Below are positions 53,401 to 64,000 of a stretch of DNA of 64,000 bases, in pieces. The notes under the pieces were generated by a model, which saw only the letters and a program-made list of their open reading frames with translations, made no database searches and was not told the origin of the DNA. The stretch comes from Eledone cirrhosa (lineage: Eukaryota). The DNA lies in NCBI GenBank assembly GCA_964016885.1, contig OZ024742.1:8742001-8806000 (forward strand). The letters are read 5' to 3'. A program made the position numbers and the translations under genes. Numbering within the stretch: position 1 is the first letter of the stretch; the number at the start of each line of letters is the position of its first letter.

Positions 53401-56400
53401 TAGTTGTATTGGTAGTCGTTGGTCAACTGGTATGGTAGATAGTTGTATTGGTAGTCGTTGGTCAACTACTATGGTAGTTAGTTGTATTGGTAGTCGTTGG
53501 TCAACTAGTATGGTAGATAGTTGTATTTGTAGTCGTTGGTCAACTGGTATGGTAGATAGTTGTATTGGTAGTCGTTGGTCAACTGGTATGGTAGATAGTT
53601 GTATTGGTAGTCGTTGGTCAACTACTATGGTAGATAGTTGTATTGGTAGTCGTTTGTCAACTGGTATAGTAGATAGTTGTATTGGTAGTCGTTGGTCAAC
53701 TGGTATGGTAGATAGTTGTATTGGTAGTCGTTGGTCAACTACTATGGTAGATAGTTGTATTGGTAGTCGTTGGTCAACTACTATGGTAGATAGTTGTATT
53801 GGTAGTCGTTGGTCAACTACTATGGTAGATAGTTGTATTGGTAGTCGTTGGTCAACTACTATGGTAGATAGTTGTATTGGTAGTCGTTGGTCAACTGGTA
53901 TGGTAGATAGTTGTATTGGTAGTCGTTGGTCAACTACTATGGTAGATAGTTTTATTGGTAGTCGTTGGTCAAGTGGTATGGTAGATAGTTGTATTGGTAA
54001 TCGTTGGTCAACTGGTATAGTAGATAGTTGTATTGGTAGTCGTTGGTCAACTGGTATGGTAGATAATTGTATTGGTAGTCGTTGGTCAACTGGTATGGTA
54101 GATTGTTGTATTGGTAGTCGTTGGTCACCTGGTATGGTACATAGTTGTATTGGTAGTCGTTGGTCAACTGGTATGGTAGATAGTTGTATTGGTAGTCGTT
54201 GGTCAACTGGTATGGTAGATAGTTGTATTGGTAGTCGTTGGTCACCTGGTATGGTACATAGTTGTATTGGTAGTCGTTGGTCAACTACTATGGTAGATAG
54301 TTGTATTGGTAGTCTTTGGTCAACTGGTATGGTAGATAGTTGTATTGGTAGTCGTTGGTCAACTGGTATAGTAGATAGTTGTATTGGTAGTCTTTGGTCA
54401 ATTGGTATGGTAGATAGTTGTATTGGTAGTCGTTGGTCAACTGGTATGGTACATAGTTGTATTGGTAGTCTTTGGTCAACTGGTATGATAGATAGTTGTA
54501 TTGGTAGTCTTTGGTCAACTGGTATGGTAGATAGTTGTATTGGTAGTCATTGGTCAACTGGTATGGTAGATAGTTGTATTGGTAGTCGTTGGTCACCTGG
54601 TATGGTACATAGTTGTATTGGTAGTATTTGGTCAACTGGTATGGTACATAGTTTTATTGGTTGTCTTTGGTCAACTGGTATGGTAGATAGTTGTATTGGT
54701 AGTCATTGGTCAACTGGTATGGTACATAGTTGTATTGGTAGTCTTTGGTCAACTGGTATGATAGATAGTTGTATTGGTAGACGTTGGTCAACTAGTATGT
54801 TGGATAGTTGTATTGGTAGTCGTTCGTTAACTTGTATGGTAGATAGTTGTATTGGTAGTCGTTGGTCAACTAGTATGGTAGATAGTTTTATTGGTAGTCG
54901 TTGGTCAACTGCTATGTTGGATAGTTGTATTGGTAGTCGTTGGTCAACTAATACGGTAGATAGTTGGTAGTCGTTGGTCAACTGGTATGGTAGATAGTTG
55001 TATTGGTACTCTTTGGTCAACTGGTATGATAGATAGTTGTATTGGTAGTCGTTGGTCAACTGGTATGGTGGATAGCTGTATTTGTAGACGTTGGTCAACT
55101 AGTATGGTAGATAGTTGTATTGGTAGTCGTTGGTCAATTGGTATGGTGGATAGTTGTATTTGTAGACGTTGGTCAACTAGTATGGTAGATAGTTGTATTG
55201 GTAGTCGTTGATCAACTAGTATGGTAGACATTTTGTAGTCGTTGGTCAACTGGTATGTTAGATAGTTGTATTGGTACTCTTTGGTCAACTGGTATGATAG
55301 ATAGTTGTATTGGTAGTCGTTGATCAACTGGTATGGTAGATAGTTGTATTGGTAGTCGTTGGTCAACTGGTATGGTAGATAGTTGTATTGGTAGTCGTTG
55401 GTCAACTGGTATGGTAGATAGTTGTATTGGTAGTCGTTGGTCAACTACTATGGTAGATAGTTGTATTGGTAATCGTTGGTCAACTACTATGGTAGATAGT
55501 TGTATTGGTAGTCGTTGGTCAACTACTATGGTAGATAGTTGTATTGGTAGTCGTTGGTCAACTACTATGGTAGATAGTTGTATTGGTATTCGTTGGTCAA
55601 CTAGTATGGTACATAGTTGTATTGCTTGTCGTTGATCAACTACTATGGTAGATAGTTGTATTGGTAGTCGTTGGTCAACTGGTATGGTAGATAGTTGTAC
55701 TGGTAGTCGTTGGTCAACTACTATGGTAGATAGTTGTATTGGTAGTCGTTGGTCAACTACTATGGTAGATAGTTGTATTAGTAGTCGTTGGTCAACTGGT
55801 ATGGTAGATAGTTGTATTGGTAGTCGTTGGTCAACTACTATGATAGATAGTTGTATTGGTAGTCGTTGGTCAACTACTATGGTAGATAGTTGTATTGGTA
55901 GTCGTTGGTCAACTGGTATGGTAGATAGTTGTATTGGTAGACGTTGGTCAACTGGTATGGTAGATACTTGTATTGGTAGTCGTTGGTCAACTGGTATGGT
56001 AGATAGTTGTATTGGTAGTCGTTGGTCAACTGGTATGGTACATAGTTGTATTGGTAGACGTTGGTCAACTGGTATGGTAGATACTTGTATTGGTAGTCGT
56101 TGGTCAACTGGTATGGTAGATAGTTGTATTGGTAGTCGTTGGTCAACTGGTATGGTACATAGTTGTATTGGTAGTCGTTGGTCAACTACTATGGTAGATA
56201 GTTGTATTGGTAGTCGTTGGTCAACTGGTATGGTAGATAGTTCTAGTGGTAGTCGTTGGTCAACTACTATGGTAGATAGTTGTATTGGTAGTCGTTGGTC
56301 AACTACTATGGTAGATAGCCGTATTGGTAGTCGTTGGTCAACTGGTATGGTAGATAGTTGTATTGGTAGTCGTTGGTTAACTGGTATGGTAGATAGTTGT

Positions 56401-59400
56401 ATTGGTAGTCGTTGGTCACCTGGTATGGTAGATAGTTGTAGTGGTAGTCGTTGGTCAACTAGTATGGTAGATAGTTGTATTGGTAGTCGTTGGTCAACTA
56501 GTATGGTAGATAGTTGTATTGGTAGTCGTTGGTCAACTATTATGGTAGATAGTTGTATTGGTAGTCGTTGGTCAACTGCTATGGTAGATAGTTGTATTGG
56601 TAGTCGTTGGTCAACTAGTATGGTAGATAGTTGTATTGGTAGTCGTTGGTCAACTACTATGGTAGATAATTGTATTGGTAGTCGTTGGTCAACTGGTATG
56701 GTAGATAGTTGTATTGGTAGTCGTTGGTCAACTAGTATGGTACATAGTTGTATTGGTAGTCGTTGGTCAGCTGGTATAGTAGATAGTTGTATTGGTAGTC
56801 GTTGGTCAACTACTATGGTAGATAGTTGTATTGGTAGTCGTTGGTCAACTAGTACGGTACATAGTTGTATTGGTAGTCGTTGATCAACTGGTATGGTAGA
56901 TAGTTGTATTGGTAGTCGTTGGTCAACTGGTATGGTAGATAGTTGTATTGGTAGTCGTTGGTCAACTGGTATGGTAGATAGTTGTATTGGTAGTCGTTGG
57001 TCAACTACTATGGTAGTTAGTTGTATTGGTAGTCGTTGGTCAACTAGTATGGTAGATAGTTGTATTTGTAGTCGTTGGTCAACTGGTATGGTAGATAGTT
57101 GTATTGGTAGTCGTTGGTCAACTGGTATGGTAGATAGTTGTATTGGTAGTCGTTGGTCAACTACTATGGTAGATAGTTGTATTGGTAGTCGTTTGTCAAC
57201 TGGTATAGTAGATAGTTGTATTGGTAGTCGTTGGTCAACTGGTATGGTAGATAGTTGTATTGGTAGTCGTTGGTCAACTACTATGGTAGATAGTTGTATT
57301 GGTAGTCGTTGGTCAACTACTATGGTAGATAGTTGTATTGGTAGTCGTTGGTCAACTACTATGGTAGATAGTTGTATTGGTAGTCGTTGGTCAACTACTA
57401 TGGTAGATAGTTGTATTGGTAGTCGTTGGTCAACTGGTATGGTAGATAGTTGTATTGGTAGTCGTTGGTCAACTACTATGGTAGATAGTTTTATTGGTAG
57501 TCGTTGGTCAAGTGGTATGGTAGATAGTTGTATTGGTAATCGTTGGTCAACTGGTATAGTAGATAGTTGTATTGGTAGTCGTTGGTCAACTGGTATGGTA
57601 GATAATTGTATTGGTAGTCGTTGGTCAACTGGTATGGTAGATTGTTGTATTGGTAGTCGTTGGTCACCTGGTATGGTACATAGTTGTATTGGTAGTCGTT
57701 GGTCAACTGGTATGGTAGATAGTTGTATTGGTAGTCGTTGGTCAACTGGTATGGTAGATAGTTGTATTGGTAGTCGTTGGTCACCTGGTATGGTAGATAG
57801 TTAGATAGTTGTATTGGTAGTCGTTGGTCAACTACTATGGTAGATAGTTGTATTGGTAGTCGTTGGTCAACTGGTATGGTAGATAGTTGTATTGGTAGTC
57901 GTTGGTCAACTACTATGGTAGATAGTTGTATTGGTAGTCTTTGGTCAACTGGTATGGTAGATAGTTGTATTGGTAGTCGTTGGTCAACTGGTATAGTAGA
58001 TAGTTGTATTGGTAGTCTTTGGTCAATTGGTATGGTAGATAGTTGTATTGGTAGTCGTTGGTCAACTGGTATGGTACATAGTTGTATTGGTAGTCTTTGG
58101 TCAACTGGTATGATAGATAGTTGTATTGGTAGTCTTTGGTCAACTGGTATGGTAGATAGTTGTATTGGTAGTCATTGGTCAACTGGTATGGTAGATAGTT
58201 GTATTGGTAGTCGTTGGTCACCTGGTATGGTACATAGTTGTATTGGTAGTCTTTGGTCAACTGGTATGGTACATAGTTGTATTGGTAGTCTTTGGTCAAC
58301 TGGTATGGTAGATAGTTGTATTGGTAGTCATTGGTCAACTGGTATGGTACATAGTTGTATTGGTAGTCTTTGGTCAACTGGTATGATAGATAGTTGTATT
58401 GGTAGACGTTGGTCAACTAGTATGTTGGATAGTTGTATTGGTAGTCGTTCGTTAACTTGTATGGTAGATAGTTGTATTGGTAGTCGTTGGTCAACTAGTA
58501 TGGTAGATAGTTTTATTGGTAGTCGTTGGTCAACTGCTATGGTAGATAGTTGGTAGTCGTTGGTCAACTGGTATGGTGGATAGCTGTATTTGTAGACGTT
58601 GGTCAACTAGTATGGTAGATAGTTGTATTGGTAGTCGTTGGTCAATTGGTATGGTGGATAGTTGTATTTGTAGACGTTGGTCAACTAGTATGGTAGATAG
58701 TTGTAGTGGTAGTCGTTGGTCAATTGGTATGGTGGATAGTTGTATTTGTAGACGTTGGTCAACTAGTATGGTAGATAGTTGTATTGGTAGTCGTTGATCA
58801 ACTAGTATGGTAGACATTTTGTAGTCGTTGGTCAACTGGTATGTTAGATAGTTGTATTGGTAGTCGTTGGTCAACTGGTATGATAGATAGTTGTATTGGT
58901 AGTCGTTGATCAACTGGTATGGTAGATAGTTGTATTGGTAGTCGTTGGTCAACTGGTATGGTAGATAGTTGTATTGGTAGTCGTTGGTCAACTGGTATGG
59001 TAGATAGTTGTATTGGTAGTCGTTGGTCAACTACTATGGTAGATAGTTGTATTGGTAATCGTTGGTCAACTACTATGGTAGATAGTTGTATTGGTAGTCG
59101 TTGGTCAACTACTATGGTAGATAGTTGTATTGGTAGTCGTTGGTCAACTACTATGGTAGATAGTTGTATTGGTATTCGTTGGTCAACTAGTATGGTACAT
59201 AGTTGTATTGCTTGTCGTTGATCAACTGGTATGGTAGATAGTTGTATTGGTAGTCGTTGGTCAACTGGTATGGTAGATAGTTGTATTGGTAGTCGTTGGT
59301 CAACTGGTATGGTAGATAGTCGTATTGGTAGTCGTTGGTCAACTACTATGGTAGTTAGTTGTATTGGTAGTCGTTGGTCAACTAGTATGGTAGATCGTTG

Positions 59401-62400
59401 TATTTGTAGTCGTTGGTCAACTGGTATGGTAGATAGTTGTATTGGTAGTCGTTGGTCAACTGGTATGGTAGATAGTTGTATTGGTAGTCGTTGGTCAACT
59501 ACTATGGTAGATAGTTGTATTGGTAGTCGTTTGTCAACTGGTATAGTAGATAGTTGTATTGGTAGTCGTTGGTCAACTGGTATGGTAGATAGTTGTATTG
59601 GTAGTCGTTGGTCAACTACTATGGTAGATAGTTGTATTGGTAGTCGTTGGTCAACTACTATGGTAGATAGTTGTATTGGTAGTCGTTGGTCAACTACTAT
59701 GGTAGATAGTTGCATTGGTAGTCGTTGGTCAACTGGTATGGTAGATAGTTGTATTGGTAGTCGTTGGTCAACTACTATGGTAGATAGTTTTATTGGTAGT
59801 CGTTGGTCAAGTGGTATGGTAGATAGTTGTATTGGTAATCGTTGGTCAACTGGTATAGTAGATAGTTGTATTGGTAGTCGTTGGTCAACTGGTATGGTAG
59901 ATAGTTGTATTGGTAGTCGTTGGTCAACTGGTATGGTAGATTGTTGTATTGGTAGTCGTTGGTCACCTGGTATGGTACATAGTTGTATTGGTAGTCGTTG
60001 GTCAACTGGTATGGTAGATAGTTGTATTGGTAGTCGTTGGTCAACTGGTATGGTAGATAGTTGTATTGGTAGTCGTTGGTCACCTGGTATGGTACATAGT
60101 TGTATTGGTAGTCGTTGGTCAACTACTATGGTAGATAGTTGTATTGGTAGTCGTTGGTCAACTGGTATGGTAGATAGTTGTATTGGTAGTCGTTGGTCAA
60201 CTAGTATGGTACATAGTTGTATTGGTAGTCGTTGGTCAACTACTATGGTAGATAGTTGTATTGGTAGTCGTTGGTCAACTGGTATGGTAGATAGTTGTAT
60301 TGGTAGTCGTTGGTCAACTAGTATGGTACATAGTTGTATTGGTAGTCGTTGGTCAACTGGTATGGTAGATAGTTGTATTGGTAGTCGTTGGTCAACTGGT
60401 ATGGTAGATAGTTGTATTGGTAGTCGTTGGTCAACTACTATGGTAGATAGTTGTATTGGTAGTCGTTGGTCAACTACTATGGTAGATAGTTGTATTGGTA
60501 GTCGTTGGTCAACTGGTATGGTAGATAGTTGTATTGGTAGTCGTTGGTCAACTGGTATGGTAGATAGTTGTATTGGTAGTCGTTGGTCAACTACTATGGT
60601 AGATAGTTGTATTGGTAGTCGTTTGTCAACTGGTATGGTAGATAGTTGTATTGGTAGTCGTTGGTCAACTACTATGGTAGATAGTTGTATTGGTAATCGT
60701 TGGTCAACTACTATGGTAGATAGTTGTATTGGTAGTCGTTGGTCAACTGGTATGGTAGATAGTTGTATTGGTAGTCGTTGGTCAACTACTATGGTAGATA
60801 GTTGTATTGGTAATCGTTGGTCAACTACTATGGTAGATAGTTGTATTGGTAGTCGTTGGTCAACTACTATGGTAGATAGTTGTATTGGTATTCGTTGGTC
60901 AACTAGTATGGTACATAGTTGTATTGCTTGTCGTTGATCAACTGGTATGGTAGATAGTTGTATTGGTAGTCGTTGGTCAACTGGTATGGTAGATAGTTGT
61001 ATTGGTAGTCTTTGGTCAACTGGTATGGTAGATAGTTGTATTGGTAGTCGTTGGTCAACTACTATGGTAGTTAGTTGTATTGGTAGTCGTTGGTCAACTA
61101 GTATGGTACATAGTTGTATTTGTAGTCGTTGGTCAACTGGTATGGTAGATAGTTGTATTGGTAGTCGTTGGTCAACTGGTATGGTAGATAGTTGTATTGG
61201 TAGTCGTTGGTCAACTGGTATGGTAGATAATTGTATTGGTAGTCGTTGGTCAACTACTATGGTAGATAGTTGTATTGGTAGTCGTTGGTCAACTACTATG
61301 GTAGATAGTTGTATTGGTAGTCGTTGGTCAACTGGTATGGTAGATAGTTGTATTGGTAGTCGTTAGTCAACTAGTATGGTACATAGTTGTATTGGTAGTC
61401 GTTGGTCAACTACTATGGTAGATAGTTGTATTGGTAGTCGTTGGTCAACTACTATGGTAGATAGTTGTATTGGTAGTCGTTGGTCAACTGGTATGGTAGA
61501 TAGTTGTATTGGTAGTCGTTGGTCAACTGGTATGGTAGATAGTTGTATTGGTAGTCGTTGGTCAACTACTATGGTAGATAGTTGTATTGGTAGTCGTTGG
61601 TCACCTGGTATGGTACATAGTTGTATTGGTAGTCGTTGGTCAACTGGTATGGTAGATAGTTGTATTGGTAGTCGTTGGTCAACTACTATGGTAGATAGTT
61701 AGATAGTTGTATTGGTAGTCGTTGGTCAACTACTATGGTAGATAGTTGTATTGGTAGTCGTTGGTCAACTGGTATGGTAGATAGTTGTATTGGTAGTCGT
61801 TGGTCAACTGGTATAGTAGATAGTTGTATTGGTAGTCGTTGGTCAACTACTATGGTAGATAGTTGTATTGGTAGTCGGTGGTCAACTGGTATAGTAGATA
61901 GTTGTATTGGTAGTCGTTGGTCAACTGGTATAGTAGATTGTTGTATTGGTAGTCGTTGGTCAACTGGTATGGTAGATAGTTGTATTGGTAGTCGTTGGTC
62001 ACCTGGTATGGTAGATAGTTGTATTGGTAGTCGTTGGTCAACTACTATGGTAGATAGTTGTATTGGTAGTCTTTGGTCAACTGGTATGGTAGATAGTTGT
62101 ATTGGTAGTCGTTGGTCAACTACTATGGTAGATAGTTGTATTGGTAGTCGTTGGTCAACTACTATGGTAGATAGTTGTATTGGTAGTCGTTGGTCAACTA
62201 CTATGGTAGATAGTTGTATTGGTATTCGTTGGTCAACTAGTATGGTACATAGTTGTATTGCTTGTCGTTGATCAACTGGTATGGTAGATAGTTGTATTGG
62301 TAGTCGTTGGTCAACTGGTATGGTAGATAGTTGTATTGGTAGTCGTTGGTCAACTGGTATGGTAGATAGTCGTATTGGTAGTCGTTGGTCAACTACTATG

Positions 62401-64000
62401 GTAGTTAGTTGTATTGGTAGTCGTTGGTCAACTAGTATGGTAGATAGTTGTATTTGTAGTCGTTGGTCACCTGGTATGGTACATAGTTGTATTGGTAGTC
62501 GTTGGTCAACTGGTATGGTAGATAGTTGTATTGGTAGTCGTTGGTCAACTACTATGGTAGATAGTTAGATAGTTGTATTGGTAGTCGTTGGTCAACTACT
62601 ATGGTAGATAGTTGTATTGGTAGTCGTTGGTCAACTGGTATGGTAGATAGTTGTATTGGTAGTCGTTGGTCAACTGGTATAGTAGATAGTTGTATTGGTA
62701 GTCGTTGGTCAACTACTATGGTAGATAGTTGTATTGGTAGTCGGTGGTCAACTGGTATAGTAGATAGTTGTATTGGTAGTCGTTGGTCAACTGGTATAGT
62801 AGATTGTTGTATTGGTAGTCGTTGGTCAACTGGTATGGTAGATAGTTGTATTGGTAGTCGTTGGTCACCTGGTATGGTAGATAGTTGTATTGGTAGTCGT
62901 TGGTCAACTACTATGGTAGATAGTTGTATTGGTAGTCTTTGGTCAACTGGTATGGTAGATAGTTGTATTGGTAGTCGTTGGTCAACTACTATGGTAGATA
63001 GTTGTATTGGTAGTCGTTGGTCAACTACTATGGTAGATAGTTGTATTGGTAGTCGTTGGTCAACTACTATGGTAGATAGTTGTATTGGTATTCGTTGGTC
63101 AACTAGTATGGTACATAGTTGTATTGCTTGTCGTTGATCAACTGGTATGGTAGATAGTTGTATTGGTAGTCGTTGGTCAACTGGTATGGTAGATAGTTGT
63201 ATTGGTAGTCGTTGGTCAACTGGTATGGTAGATAGTCGTATTGGTAGTCGTTGGTCAACTACTATGGTAGTTAGTTGTATTGGTAGTCGTTGGTCAACTA
63301 GTATGGTAGATAGTTGTATTTGTAGTCGTTGGTCAACTGGTATGGTAGATAGTTGTATTGGTAGTCGTTGGTCAACTGGTATGGTAGATAGTTGTATTGG
63401 TAGTCGTTGGTCAACTACTATGGTAGATCGTTGTATTGGTAGTCGTTTGTCAACTGGTATAGTAGATAGTTGTATTGGTAGTCGTTGGTCAACTGGTATG
63501 GTAGATAGTTGTATTGGTAGTCGTTGGTCAACTACTATGGTAGATAGTTGTATTGGTAGTCGTTGGTCAACTACTATGGTAGATAGTTGTATTGGTAGTC
63601 GTTGGTCAACTACTATGGTAGATAGTTGTATTGGTAGTCGTTGGTCAACTACTATGGTAGATAGTTGTATTGGTAGTCGTTGGTCAACTGGTATGGTAGA
63701 TAGTTGTATTGGTAGTCGTTGGTCAACTACTATGGTAGATAGTTTTATTGGTAGTCGTTGGTCAAGTGGTATGGTAGATAGTTGTATTGGTAATCGTTGG
63801 TCAACTGGTATAGTAGATAGTTGTATTGGTAGTCGTTGGTCAACTGGTATGGTAGATAGTTGTATTGGTAGTCGTTGGTCAACTGGTATGGTAGATTGTT
63901 GTATTGGTAGTCGTTGGTCACCTGGTATGGTACATAGTTGTATTGGTAGTCGTTGGTCAACTGGTATGGTAGATAGTTGTATTGGTAGTCGTTGGTCAAC
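32459..64000. repeat. 39-bp tandem satellite, about 810 units, running off the window end; consensus TGGTAGATAGTTGTATTGGTAGTCGTTGGTCAACT[GG/AC/AG]TA
   Basis: Highly homogeneous 39-bp period over 31.5 kb; sharp left boundary after GGGAGGC; few indels (about 50423, 54965, 55230, 57800, 58550, 58815, 61700, 62566). Confidence 0.99.

Noticed and set aside
32488-63137. Repetitive protein (MVDSCIGSRWSTG)n up to 2505 aa, and the minus-strand reads (YQYNYLPYQLTND)n and (LPIQLSTIPVDQR)n
   Set aside because: 39 is a multiple of 3, so open frames are expected. Recurrent stop variants (TGG>TGA on plus, CGA>TGA and TAG on minus) and +1, -5 and +8 indels are propagated through the array. There is no unique N- or C-terminus and no obvious synonymous bias.
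32459-64000. CRISPR array or telomeric repeat
   Set aside because: Units are contiguous with no unique spacers, there are no cas genes and the context is eukaryotic. No TTAGGG-type unit is present.

Overview
Gene-free, repeat-dominated animal DNA. The SINE family and microsatellite content look cephalopod/octopus-like, but this is recognition from memory and is unverified. From left to right: (1) 1-3 kb, AT-rich sequence with tRNA-type SINEs and a mariner-type MITE. (2) 3.1-7.1 kb, a decayed, near full-length R4/Dong-clade non-LTR retrotransposon (RT + CCHC + restriction-like endonuclease) sitting in a (CATA)n tract. (3) 7.5-19 kb, five copies from about three subfamilies of one Tx1-group (L1 clade) retrotransposon. 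Every 3' end abuts a (TATC)n tract in the same relative orientation. Four copies are stacked head-to-tail on the minus strand and one young copy lies on the plus strand. (4) 19-30.7 kb, a 20-bp minisatellite built from tetranucleotide microsatellite words. (5) 31.4-31.9 kb, a probable RTE-LINE 5' UTR fragment. (6) 32.5 kb to the window end, about 810 copies of a 39-bp satellite with a three-state variable site and higher-order duplications. No host gene, rRNA, tRNA or CRISPR array is supported. The very long ORFs inside the repeats are artefacts of stop-free units. The most notable system is the apparently GATA/TATC-microsatellite-targeting Tx1 family with a covarying 3' UTR stem-loop. All coordinates were read by eye and may be off by a few bases.
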